From assembly GCA_038227875.1 (NCBI GenBank), contig JBBRPR010000004.1, positions 64,001-128,000 of the forward strand: DNA of 64,000 bases, given 5' to 3'. The position numbers were made by a program, and so were the translations under genes. Position 1 is the first letter of the stretch. The number at the start of each line of letters is the position of its first letter. The notes under the pieces were generated by a model. The model was not told the DNA's origin, did not search any database, and worked only from the letters and a program-made list of their open reading frames with translations. Shown piece after piece: positions 1-9,745 of the stretch. Source of the stretch: Planctomycetota bacterium (GTDB lineage Bacteria > Planctomycetota > SZUA-567 > H5-PLA8).

Positions 1-99
1 GATGATCGTGTAGTCTCCGGTGACCTCCAACGCGCGTGCGTCGCAGGACATGAATTGGGCGCTGAAAGTCAGGGCGAAAGCCAGAAACAGAAAACGCAA
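1..99 (-). CDS. 5' end of a secreted protein (partial, runs off window start)
   Basis: AGGAGG RBS then TTG start; reads MRFLFLAFALTFSAQFMSCDARALEVTGDYTII (signal-peptide-like); not in the ORF track. Confidence 0.6.
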   Translation of the reverse strand, partial: MRFLFLAFALTFSAQFMSCDARALEVTGDYTII

Positions 100-225
100 A
101 ATCGTGATCCTCCTAAGAGACGATGCCACGGCGGCTGCTACTGAGTTCAGGCGAAGACGGAGTTTACCACACCGCGCGACTTCAGCACAGCCGCCGGTTG
201 ATAAATTCCGCGGCCAGAGCCAGGT

Positions 226-1713
226 TCACAAGGAGGTCAGAACTTTCCGGACTTCGACGGCGTTGGCGACTGTCGACGGCACGCAAATCGGCGTGCCCGT
301 GACGACCGCGACATCTTCTCCGGCGATGGCCAGTCCGAGCTTCTGCGCTTCGCGGAATGTGGCCGCCAGAAATTCTTCCTTGGAAATGCCCGCTTCCTTC
401 ACGCACAGCGCCGGCACGACGCCCCAGAACAGGCTCATGCGCCGGAAGGCTATCTCGTTGTTGGTCGCGCCGAGGATCATCGCCCGCGTGCGGCTCTTGG
501 AAAGAAACAACGCCGTCTCGCCGGTCGACGAGCTGGTGATCAGCAGGCGCAGATCCAGGTCTTCGACGATGCGGAACGCCGCGCGGCCGATCACATCCAG
601 CAGGCGGTTGTGCGAATTGGCGGGCTTCGGCAGCGTATCGAGATGCGTGAGCAGGAACTGTTCGGCCTGCAGCGCGATCTTGTTCATCATCTGGATCGCT
701 TCGGCCGGGTAGCGGCCGCTGGCGGTTTCCCCGGAGAGCATCACCGCGTCGGTGCCGTCCAGAATCGCGTTGGCGATGTCGGAGACTTCCGCGCGGTTGG
801 GCGTCAGATTGCTCATCATGCTTTCCAGCATCTGCGTGGCCACGATCACGGGGCGGTCGAGCGTGTTGCAGATGCTGATGATTTTCTTCTGCAGCATCGG
901 AATTTCTTCCGGCGGCATTTCCACGCCCAGGTCGCCGCGCGCGACCATGATGCCGTCGGACGCTTCGATGATCTCTTCGATTTTCGCGACCGCTTCCGGC
1001 TTCTCGATCTTCGCGATCACGCGCACTTCCGAACCAACCTTCTGGATGAGCTGCTTGACGCGCAGAATGTCCGCCGGGTCGCGCACGAACGAGAGCGCCA
1101 CGTAGTCCACCTGGGCGTCGAGCCCCGCGCGCAGATCGGCCATGTCTTTTTCCGTCACCGACGGCGTCGAGAGCGTCAGGCCCGGAAGATTCATGCCCTT
1201 CTTCGATTTCAACACGCCGCCGCGCAGCACCGTGCAGTGGACGTCCCAGCCTTTGACCGAATCCACGCGCAATTCCATCTTGCCGTCGTCGAGCAGGATG
1301 TGCGCGCCGGGAGAGACGTCGCCGGGCAGCGCGGAGTAGATCGTCGAAAAGCGTTCGGCCGTGCCTTCGATATCGTCGGTGGTGACGATGGTTTTCTGGC
1401 CTTCAACCAGCAGCGCCTCATCGCCTTTCATCGTTCGCGTGCGGATTTTCGGCCCGCAGAGGTCCTGCAGAATCGCGACGGGTTTGCCCAGCTCCTTGCT
1501 GACGGCCCGGATTCGTTCGATCGTGGCGACGTTCACTTTTACATCGCCGTGCGAGAAGTTGACGCGGGCGACGTCCATCCCTGCGAGCATCAACGTGCGC
1601 AGCATTTCCTTGCTTTCGCAGGCGGGACCAATCGTGGCCACGATCTTGGTGCGGCGGCGCGGTTCAATTTTTCGCGTTGCTTCCATGATTCTCGATTTAC
1701 CGGCGCTGGCCAC
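226..1713 (-). CDS. pyk: pyruvate kinase
   Basis: RRTKIVATIGP, RVNFSHG, DLCGPKIR, IAKIEK, MVARGDLGVE, ATQMLESM, DAVMLSGETA motifs. Confidence 0.97.
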   Translation of the reverse strand: MASAGKSRIMEATRKIEPRRRTKIVATIGPACESKEMLRTLMLAGMDVARVNFSHGDVKVNVATIERIRAVSKELGKPVAILQDLCGPKIRTRTMKGDEALLVEGQKTIVTTDDIEGTAERFSTIYSALPGDVSPGAHILLDDGKMELRVDSVKGWDVHCTVLRGGVLKSKKGMNLPGLTLSTPSVTEKDMADLRAGLDAQVDYVALSFVRDPADILRVKQLIQKVGSEVRVIAKIEKPEAVAKIEEIIEASDGIMVARGDLGVEMPPEEIPMLQKKIISICNTLDRPVIVATQMLESMMSNLTPNRAEVSDIANAILDGTDAVMLSGETASGRYPAEAIQMMNKIALQAEQFLLTHLDTLPKPANSHNRLLDVIGRAAFRIVEDLDLRLLITSSSTGETALFLSKSRTRAMILGATNNEIAFRRMSLFWGVVPALCVKEAGISKEEFLAATFREAQKLGLAIAGEDVAVVTGTPICVPSTVANAVEVRKVLTSL

Positions 1714-1915
1714 GGATGATCCCCCTTTTTCAGAACATTTGGTTTACTTTTGACTCAGTGTAGCGCACGAGCCTCAAAATCCACGCGCCATTGCCATTTT
1801 TGGCACTACAGTGTGGGTACAGAAAGCGTCAGTACCATTAAGGTGGAACAGGTCTCCCGTTGACTATCCGCGCAAAAACCAGAATAATACGTACTTGAAA
1901 AAACCGGAGTGACCC

Positions 1916-4537
1916 GTGGCTAAGATCGTCATCAAAGCCGGCCGAAACACAGGCGCCGAGTTCAAGCTCGCGGGCGATCACCTCGTCATTGGCCGCCGTT
2001 CGGCCTGTCCGATTCCCATCGCTGACGCGAAAGCTTCTCGCGAACACGCGGCCATTAACATCCGCAACAGCATCTATTTCGTCCAGGATCTCTCCCGCAA
2101 CGGCACGCTGCTTAACGGCAAACCCGCCGACAAGGCCGACCCCGGCACGTTGATGAAATACGGCGACCAGATCCGCATTGGCGACACCATTTTGGAGCTC
2201 GTCGACCAGGCCTCCGAGGTGATCGACATTGGCATTCCCGGCTACACGGTTCTCGAGAAAATCGGAACCGGCGGCATGGGCATCGTTTACAAAGCGCGCC
2301 AGCTATCCATGGACCGCGTCGTCGCGCTCAAGGTGCTCAACGAACGCTATTCGTCCAACGCGGAGTTCCAGGACCGCTTCATTCGCGAAGCACGGGCCGC
2401 GGGCCGCTTGAACCATCCGAACGTGATTCACGTCCACGACATCTCGCGCGCCAACGGGCGACACTACTTTTCCATGGAGTTCATCGACGGGTCGTCGGTG
2501 AAAGATGTTCTGCGCATCGAGCGCAAGCTCGATGTGAACAAAGCGCTCGATATTGTACTCCAGGCCGCCAAAGCGCTCGAATTTGCACACGAGAACCGCA
2601 TCGTCCACCGCGATATCAAGCCTGACAATATCATGCTGACCCGTGAAGGCATCGTGAAGATCGCCGATCTGGGCATCGCGAAAACGTTCGAAGAGGCCGC
2701 GCCTTCGGCCAAGGAACACCGCCGCATCATGGGCACGCCCCATTATATGGCGCCCGAACAGGCGCTGGGCAAGGCCATCGACCACCGCGTCGACATCTAT
2801 TCGCTGGGCGCGACGTTCTACCACATGGTCACCGGCAGCACGCCTTTTACCGGCAGCACCGCGCATGAAGTGCTGAAGGCCCACATTCAAGAATCGCTGC
2901 CGCCGATCCAGGATCTCAATTCGAACGTGCCCGATCCGGTCTGCTTCATCATCGAACGCATGATGGCCAAGCTTCCGGAAAAGCGCTACCCGGACATGTC
3001 GAAGGTGATCGAAGACATCGAGCGCGTGCAGCGCGGCGTGGTTGCGGGCATTCATCGCATCGAAGCCGGCGACTCGACGATCATGCGCGCGATCAAGGCC
3101 AAGTCTTCGGCCAAGCGCGCGAAGTCTCCGGAAGAAGAGGAAGACAACGCCGCGACTGGTGCGCAGACGCCGATTACGTCGGGAAAGCTGGCGCTGATTG
3201 TGTCGCTGGTTTTCGCTGTAGGCGTGGCCCTGGTCATGGTTGTGGCGCACAACCGGGACAACGCCGCCGTTGAAAACACCGCGACGAAAACCGGGACGTC
3301 CGTGGCCGTGACGACCAACACGTCCACCGGCACCGACACGCAGCCCAAGGGCCCGCGCAGCGATCCGGCCGCCAAGAAGCTGCTCGACGAAGCCACGGCC
3401 GCCGAGGCCGCGAACAATCGCGCCGACGCCAAGACCAAGCTCAACACCATCCGCACGCAGTACGGAGCAAGCATCGAAGCGATCGAGGCGGAGAAGCGAC
3501 TCAAGGCGATCGCTGAAACGGAACTGAAGGAACTGAAAGCCAGCGTCGAAGCCCAGGCGGCGAAGGCGAAGGAATTCGACGACGCCAATCCGGGTAAGTA
3601 CGCGGAAGTTCTCGCCAAGTACGACGAAGCAGCCAAGCAGGCGGCCGTGGCCAATATGCAGGAACTTCACACCACGATTTCAACCCGCATCGAAGCCCTG
3701 CGCAAGCAGATGAACGACGAGCAGGCCAAGCAACTGGAAGGCGAATACAAGACCGCGCTCGACGCCACCAACGACGCCAAGGGCAAGCAGGACTTCGATA
3801 CCGCGCGCAAATCCCTGCAGGACTTCATCGCCTCGCACCAGGCCGCGAAGCAGAAGGACGATGCGCAGAAGGCGCTCGACCAGGTCAACGCCGACGCCAA
3901 GGCGCGCTTTGCCGATGTCCAGAAAAAAGCCGAAGGCTCTGAAATCCCCGACGCGCTGCGCACCTGGGACGACTACGCCAAGGAAGTCAAAGACGCAGTC
4001 AACGCGCCGGAAGTCGAAAAGGCGCGCGCGGCTTTGAAGCAGAAAGCCGACGACCTGACCAAGGCCAAGACCGACGAGGCCTCCAAGAAGGCGCACGATT
4101 ACCGCTACGACGAAGCCATTCAGCTCATGGACGCGCTGGAGCAGAAAGTCAAGACGACGGAATTCGAAGTCGCCGCAAAAGCGCGCCGCGAATCGTTCAC
4201 CGCGCAGAAGGCGCTCCACGAAAAAGCGTTGAAGTCCGCGCTCGATAAGATCAAGACCGACGGCCCGCAGTTGCTCGACTTTTACGAAGACCCGAAGTTG
4301 AAGGAAATGAAGTGGGCGCTGACCGGCATCACCGGCGAAATGCTGCAGCTGGATTCGACCTCAAAGGAAAAGGCCGGCACCTCCAAGAAGCTGCCGCTGA
4401 TGACGCCGACCGCGCAGTACCTGTTCCACAAGCTCTTCCAGCCCGATGATCACCGGGGCCTGCTGGAACTGTGCAAAGAGCTGAATCTCGCCAAGGAAGC
4501 CGAAGCCGAACAGCTGCTCGCCGCCAAGCCGAAGTAA
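1916..4537 (+). CDS. FHA-domain Hanks-type Ser/Thr protein kinase with TM helix and helical extracytoplasmic region
   Basis: N-terminal GRR..ASREHA..SRNGT (FHA); GTGGMG, VALK, HRDIKPDN, DLG, GTPHYMAPEQ; TM LALIVSLVFAVGVALVMVV; Ala/Lys/Glu-rich C-terminus. Confidence 0.93.
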   Translation: MAKIVIKAGRNTGAEFKLAGDHLVIGRRSACPIPIADAKASREHAAINIRNSIYFVQDLSRNGTLLNGKPADKADPGTLMKYGDQIRIGDTILELVDQASEVIDIGIPGYTVLEKIGTGGMGIVYKARQLSMDRVVALKVLNERYSSNAEFQDRFIREARAAGRLNHPNVIHVHDISRANGRHYFSMEFIDGSSVKDVLRIERKLDVNKALDIVLQAAKALEFAHENRIVHRDIKPDNIMLTREGIVKIADLGIAKTFEEAAPSAKEHRRIMGTPHYMAPEQALGKAIDHRVDIYSLGATFYHMVTGSTPFTGSTAHEVLKAHIQESLPPIQDLNSNVPDPVCFIIERMMAKLPEKRYPDMSKVIEDIERVQRGVVAGIHRIEAGDSTIMRAIKAKSSAKRAKSPEEEEDNAATGAQTPITSGKLALIVSLVFAVGVALVMVVAHNRDNAAVENTATKTGTSVAVTTNTSTGTDTQPKGPRSDPAAKKLLDEATAAEAANNRADAKTKLNTIRTQYGASIEAIEAEKRLKAIAETELKELKASVEAQAAKAKEFDDANPGKYAEVLAKYDEAAKQAAVANMQELHTTISTRIEALRKQMNDEQAKQLEGEYKTALDATNDAKGKQDFDTARKSLQDFIASHQAAKQKDDAQKALDQVNADAKARFADVQKKAEGSEIPDALRTWDDYAKEVKDAVNAPEVEKARAALKQKADDLTKAKTDEASKKAHDYRYDEAIQLMDALEQKVKTTEFEVAAKARRESFTAQKALHEKALKSALDKIKTDGPQLLDFYEDPKLKEMKWALTGITGEMLQLDSTSKEKAGTSKKLPLMTPTAQYLFHKLFQPDDHRGLLELCKELNLAKEAEAEQLLAAKPK

Positions 4538-4596
4538 GGCTCCCCGCGCATTTCACATTTCATTGCTGAATCGGACGTTCGCCGCCGGCTATGTCA

Positions 4597-4721
4597 GTCC
4601 GGCTAAAAGTTGTCGGTTGTCGGCATGGGGCTTTCGTCGTCAATTCTGTCGTATGTGAATACTGCGTGTTCCGATTTCGTCTGTATCTGTCCGGCTAAAA
4701 GTGGTCGATACAGCGCTGCCG
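4597..4721 (+). repeat. intergenic repeat, left copy (two GTCCGGCTAAAAGT-GTCG units)
   Basis: units at 4597 and 4689; colinear with 5276-5399. Confidence 0.75.
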
Positions 4722-4804
4722 CTTGCAGAGCTCCGCTTCACCGCCCCATTGCCTTTGAACTGAAAAGCGATACCCTGTTTGTGCTGTGCCTGGAGAATCC
4801 GCCG

Positions 4805-5215
4805 ATGCGCAAATCGTTCCTGGCCGTGACCGTATTCGGATGTCTGCTTTTCGCGGGTGCGTGCGCTGCCGCGGATGCTCCTGCCGCTGGCACCGTCAAG
4901 ATGACGGGCACGTTTGTCTGGGACCATCAGCCTGCTCAGAACCATCCGCTCACCGCCATCTTCACACCCAACGGCGATAAAAAGTGGACGGCGGTCTTCA
5001 CCTTCGATTGGGGTCCCAAGGGCGCGCAGAGCTGGAAGGGCACCGCCGAAGGCGATCTGAAAACGGGCGAAGTCAAAGGCGAAGGCTTCCACCCCGACGG
5101 CCGCCGCAAATTCACCTACAGCGGAAAATTCAAAGACGGCAAGCTGGTCTGCTCCCACAACGAGACGACCAGCGGAGCTCCCGCGGCGACGGGCACGATG
5201 ACGCTGTCGCAGTGA
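4805..5215 (+). CDS. small secreted beta-rich hypothetical protein
   Basis: GGAG RBS, signal peptide MRKSFLAVTVFGCLLFAGACAA; start re-picked within ORF 4610..5215. Confidence 0.8.
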   Translation: MRKSFLAVTVFGCLLFAGACAAADAPAAGTVKMTGTFVWDHQPAQNHPLTAIFTPNGDKKWTAVFTFDWGPKGAQSWKGTAEGDLKTGEVKGEGFHPDGRRKFTYSGKFKDGKLVCSHNETTSGAPAATGTMTLSQ

Positions 5216-5275
5216 GGCAACCCGCCGCAATCAGCGATTATTTGACTGATTGACTTTTTTCCGCCGAACACGGCT

Positions 5276-5460
5276 GTCCGGCGAAAAGTAGTCGGTCGTC
5301 GGTCGGGGGCTCTCTGCGGTAATCAGCCCACCCGTTCTCCGACGCGTTTCGGATCCGTCCGCATCCGTCCGGCTAAAAGTTGTCGGTACATCGCTGTCGC
5401 CGATGTATGGAAACCCAGCACCGAATTCGCGCCCCGTTCACCGACGACTTTTCGCTGGAC
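5276..5460 (+). repeat. intergenic repeat, right copy (two direct units plus one inverted unit)
   Basis: units at 5276 and 5367; inverted unit CCGACGACTTTTCGCTGGAC at 5441-5460. Confidence 0.75.
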
Positions 5461-5486
5461 AGAGAACTGCAATCGCGGCAAACCGC

Positions 5487-6212
5487 TCAGGCCCCAAGCG
5501 CCAGGCGGTCGGCGATTTTCTCAGGCAACCCTGCCGCCTTGAATTCCGCCACTGCGCGTTGGACGTCGTAGCTGACGCGGCGCAATTCGACCTGGCTGGC
5601 GGCTGAATCGAGAATGGCGTAGCACGCGCGCGGATCCTTGTCGCGCGGCTGGCCGACAGAGCCGACGTTCATGATCGCGCGAAGATTTTTCTCCAGCTTC
5701 CAGATCGGTTCGGTGCTGTACGAAATGGGATCGGTTTTGAAATACGCCATGGGCACGTGGGTGTGACCATGGAAGACCCAATTGTGCGTCGCTGCCCCAA
5801 ACGCTTCCTCCGCCGCTTCCACGGTCAGGAGATAACGTTGATTGGAATTGGGTCCCACCGGCGAACCGTGGACCAGCTGAAACTCGTCGGTCGCCAGCGC
5901 CAGTGGAAGTGAGCGCATCCATTCGCGGTCGGACTTGGTCATCGCGCCCATCGAATAATAAAGGCACATCTTTGCAATTGGCGTGAACTGCTCGCCCAGA
6001 GTCGGGTCCAGCAGCGCCCCCTCGTGGTTGCCCAGCAGAGACGGCCAATTCCGCTCGCGCACAAATTGGATGCATTCGTGCGGCTGCGCACCGTAGCCGA
6101 CCACGTCGCCCAGGCAGTAGACGCGGTCGATGCGTTGCGATTCCATGTCACGCGCGACCGCTTCCAGCGCCAGTAAATTGCCGTGAATGCAGCAGACAAA
6201 TCCGGTTCTCAT
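5487..6212 (-). CDS. calcineurin-like metallophosphoesterase
   Basis: xIHGN, LGDVVGYG, GNHE, VHGSP, HGHTH, NVGSVGQPRD motifs. Confidence 0.92.
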   Translation of the reverse strand: MRTGFVCCIHGNLLALEAVARDMESQRIDRVYCLGDVVGYGAQPHECIQFVRERNWPSLLGNHEGALLDPTLGEQFTPIAKMCLYYSMGAMTKSDREWMRSLPLALATDEFQLVHGSPVGPNSNQRYLLTVEAAEEAFGAATHNWVFHGHTHVPMAYFKTDPISYSTEPIWKLEKNLRAIMNVGSVGQPRDKDPRACYAILDSAASQVELRRVSYDVQRAVAEFKAAGLPEKIADRLALGA

Positions 6213-6910
6213 GATTCCATTTCCTTCTTCAATACGATCGGTTTCAGCAGGCGCTGCACCGCGGCCACAAACCGCCGGCGCTCTGCTGTGTCCATGTCTT
6301 CTGTACCCGTGGCAGTCCCCGCCCCGGCTCCAGCCGCATGAGCGCTGGCCGCGACAGCGGCACGCGCTTCAAACAGCCGGCGCTTGACCGTGCCCACGGG
6401 CACTTCCAGAAATCCCGCGATCATCTCGTGCGAGAGTCCGCGCAGGTAAAACAGGGCGAGCACCACTTTCTTGCCTTCACTCAGTTCATCGAGTGTGCGT
6501 TCCAGTTGCTGCAGCCACGGATCGTCGCCTGGGTCCGCGTCTTCAAACAGCGGATCGTACATCGCCGTGGGGGCCGTTTCGGCCAGCGTCTTCTTCACGC
6601 GGCGTGCCGCCTGTTGAGCGCGCACCCAGCCGCGGCATTCGCGCCACGCGATCGACTTGAGCCACCCCGCGAAACGCGCGGGATCGCGCAGCGTATGCAA
6701 CTCTTGAAACGCGCGGAGAAAAACCTCCTGCGCCACGTCTTCCGCTTCCGGAATATGTTCGAGCAACTGGTCCGTGTACGCCGAAACCAGCCGCTCATAA
6801 CGCCCGATCAGCGCTTCAATCGCCTCCGCGTCACCGCGCTGAGCGCGTTTGACGCAATCGATTTCCGCGGTGTCGGCGTTCACGGTAATCTCCAGACAAC
6901 AGTTCCACAC
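6209..6910 (-). CDS. ECF RNA polymerase sigma factor (start may be the GTG near 6883)
   Basis: AEDVAQEVFLRAF..F.GWL (sigma2) and LFYLRGLSHEMIA..VGTVKRRLFEAR (sigma4); ATGA overlap with the downstream gene. Confidence 0.9.
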   Translation of the reverse strand: MWNCCLEITVNADTAEIDCVKRAQRGDAEAIEALIGRYERLVSAYTDQLLEHIPEAEDVAQEVFLRAFQELHTLRDPARFAGWLKSIAWRECRGWVRAQQAARRVKKTLAETAPTAMYDPLFEDADPGDDPWLQQLERTLDELSEGKKVVLALFYLRGLSHEMIAGFLEVPVGTVKRRLFEARAAVAASAHAAGAGAGTATGTEDMDTAERRRFVAAVQRLLKPIVLKKEMES

Positions 6911-7136
6911 GCAGGCGCCACCGCGCCGTCGTTCTGCTCAGTCTAGCAGTTCAATGGTAAGAAACGGAATGTTCGTTCCAAACTCAAGGAAGCATGCCGG
7001 CCTCAAAGGTTCGGTACAATTTGAAGTATTTTTTCCAGCGCAGTGAACTATTGACTTCCTGGCATCTTCTGCCGAACGCGCGCCTATCCCCGTGTTTTCA
7101 ATACCGCTACTTTGAACGCGCCTATACACTTCCGCC

Positions 7137-9518
7137 ATGCGCTGCACGCTCCCCTTATTCGCACTGAGCCTGGCGATTGCCACTGGGCTGGCCGCAGCCG
7201 AGGGGCCTCTTACCCTCGTCGCCGATAAAGACTACCCGCCGCTGATTTATCTCGACCGCGACGTTCCCAAGGGCATGTTCGTTGACCTGACCCGCGCGTT
7301 GTCAAAAAAGATGGGCCGGGAAATTCGAATCGAATTAATGGCCTGGGACCAGGCTCAGAAAGAAACCGTCGATGGCCATGCCGATATCGTCGGGCCCATG
7401 GCCCATTCCAAACAGCGCGACGAGCTCTTCGATTTCTCGCAGTCGTGCCTGACGTGCGAATACTCCCTGTTTGTGCGCGACAATGAAATGTCCATTCGCA
7501 GCGTCGACGATCTGGCCGGCGTGCAGGTGGGTGTGACGACCGGTGGTTATCCCCGCCAGCTGCTGGCTGAAAAGTCCGGGGTCGAGCTTGTCCTGGTGGA
7601 GAACTACGGTGAAGGCATCGAACTGCTGCGGCAGGGCAAGATCCGCGTGCTCGCCGCCGATCGCTGGGTCGGTGCGTATTACATCCAGGAGCGCGGAGTT
7701 CAGGGCATTTCGATTCTCGACAAGCCCATGGCCGTGCGCGAGCTGGCCTACGCCGTCAAAAAGGGCAACACGGCGCTGCTCAACAAGCTGAACCGCGGCC
7801 TGAGCGAACTTCGCGCCGAAGGCGCCACCGATGCCATCGCCGGAAACTGGGAGCCGAAGAAGGTTGTGATCCTCACCCAGGAAAACATGCGGCGATCGCT
7901 GCTGCTGGGGGGATGCGTCCTGGCTGCGCTGCTGATCGCGGCCTTGTCGATCTGGATCCACCTGCTGCGGCGCGAAGTCCGGCAGCGGCGGCGCGCCGAA
8001 GCGGAGCTCGCCGGTTACCGCGGCCAGCTGGAAGACCTCGTGCGCCAGCGCACCGACGCGCTCGAAAAGGAAATCACGGAACGCAAACGGATCGAAGAAG
8101 CGCTGCGGCTGGCCAAGGACGGCGCGGACGCGGCCAGCAATGCCAAGAGCGCGTTTCTAGCCAGCATGTCGCACGAGATTCGCACGCCGCTCAACGCCAT
8201 TCTCGGCTACGCGCATCTCCTCAAGCGCGACATCGAGCTCTCGAAGAAGCACACGCAGGCGCTGGCCTCGATTTCCAGCAGCGGCGAACACCTGCTCGAT
8301 CTGCTCAGCGACATCCTGGCCATGTCCAGCATCGAAGCCGGCCGCACCACGCTGGACGAAGATGTCTTCGATCTCCACGAACTGCTGCGCACGCTGGAAA
8401 GCATGTTCAGTCTGCGCGTGCGCGAGAAGGGCCTGGTCTTCTCGGTGGAAATGGAGCCCGGGCTGCCGCGCCATGTCAGCGCCGATCAGCGCAAGTTGCG
8501 GCAGATCCTGTTCAACCTGCTCTCGAATGCCGTCCGTTTTTCTGATCGTGGAACGGTCACGTTGCGCGTGCGTGCGCGGGATGGCGTGCTTGAATTCGAC
8601 GTCGAAGACTCCGGACCGGGCATGTCGCCGGCCGAACAAGCGGCGCTGTTCAGGCCGTTCTCGCAGACCGAATCCGGACGCCGTAAATACGGTGGTGCGG
8701 GGTTGGGTCTGGCGATCAGCCGGGGGTTCGTTGAGTTAATGGGCGGACACATCGGGGTGCGCAGCGAGCCGGGCAAGGGGAGTTGTTTCCAGTTCTCCGT
8801 CCGCGCCCGGCGCGTGGAAAAGGAGCCATCTCTGCGAGAGCCGGATCAGATCGTCCGCCTCCGGTCCACGTTGAAACCGCCGCGCGTGCTGGTAGTGGAA
8901 GACCATCCCGAAAGCCGGAAACTTCTGATCGAGCTGCAACGCTCCGCCGGTTTTGATGTACGCGGCGCAGGCGATGGCCGGGAGGCCATCCGCATCTGGG
9001 ACGAATGGCGGCCGCATTTCATCTGGATGGATATGAATCTGCCAGTCCTGGACGGTTACCAGTCGACGCGCGAAATTCTCGCCAAGGACGCGACGAAGCA
9101 GACGGTGATCGTCGCGCTGACCGCCAGCGTTTTCGAAGAAGACCGCGCGCGTATTCTCGCCAGCGGCTGCGCCGACTTCATGACCAAGCCCTTCAGCGAG
9201 CAGGCCATCTTCGCGTGCCTGGAGAAACATCTGCACGTCGAATACGAACGGGAAGCGACGCCGCCATCCGGCAACGAATCGCTGGAGACCATCGCCGCAA
9301 AAATGGAGGCCTTGCCCAAAGAACTTTTCGACCGCATCCGACGCCACACGCGAATGCTCGACGCCGCCGCGCTGACGGATCTGGCCGACAACCTTGCCGC
9401 TGAGCACCCGGTCGTTTCGCAATTTCTAAAACACAGCGCGGAGCAACTGGACTTCGCCGCGTTGGAAGCGGTAATCAGCAGCCACGAGCAGCGCGCGTCA
9501 GATTCTTTTCAGCCTTAA
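7137..9518 (+). CDS. hybrid sensor histidine kinase with periplasmic solute-binding (family 3) input domain and receiver
   Basis: signal peptide, DYPP SBP-like domain, TM, MSHEIRTPLN, NLLSNA, DSGPG, GAGLGL, receiver with WMDMNLP and KP. Confidence 0.93.
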   Translation: MRCTLPLFALSLAIATGLAAAEGPLTLVADKDYPPLIYLDRDVPKGMFVDLTRALSKKMGREIRIELMAWDQAQKETVDGHADIVGPMAHSKQRDELFDFSQSCLTCEYSLFVRDNEMSIRSVDDLAGVQVGVTTGGYPRQLLAEKSGVELVLVENYGEGIELLRQGKIRVLAADRWVGAYYIQERGVQGISILDKPMAVRELAYAVKKGNTALLNKLNRGLSELRAEGATDAIAGNWEPKKVVILTQENMRRSLLLGGCVLAALLIAALSIWIHLLRREVRQRRRAEAELAGYRGQLEDLVRQRTDALEKEITERKRIEEALRLAKDGADAASNAKSAFLASMSHEIRTPLNAILGYAHLLKRDIELSKKHTQALASISSSGEHLLDLLSDILAMSSIEAGRTTLDEDVFDLHELLRTLESMFSLRVREKGLVFSVEMEPGLPRHVSADQRKLRQILFNLLSNAVRFSDRGTVTLRVRARDGVLEFDVEDSGPGMSPAEQAALFRPFSQTESGRRKYGGAGLGLAISRGFVELMGGHIGVRSEPGKGSCFQFSVRARRVEKEPSLREPDQIVRLRSTLKPPRVLVVEDHPESRKLLIELQRSAGFDVRGAGDGREAIRIWDEWRPHFIWMDMNLPVLDGYQSTREILAKDATKQTVIVALTASVFEEDRARILASGCADFMTKPFSEQAIFACLEKHLHVEYEREATPPSGNESLETIAAKMEALPKELFDRIRRHTRMLDAAALTDLADNLAAEHPVVSQFLKHSAEQLDFAALEAVISSHEQRASDSFQP

Positions 9519-9745
9519 ACGCTCGGCGTACGACGGCATATTTGCTGAGTATAGCGACTCGTGATTATCGGACCCGCTGAGATCGGAAAAATTCGCACGG
9601 CCAATGCGGCAGATTTTTCTGTCTCGGCGGTAATTTGACGATAAACTTTTAATTTCGATCATGCACCTTGCCATTCATGTCGCCCACCGGAATAAACCTC
9701 TGCACGCGCGCAATTGTATCAATGACACTTTGGAGACATTCCGCC

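Noticed and set aside
4597..5460. Integron attC interpretation of the flanking repeats
   Set aside because: No clear RYYYAAC/GTTRRRY ends and no integrase in the window; kept only as an unexplained repeat.
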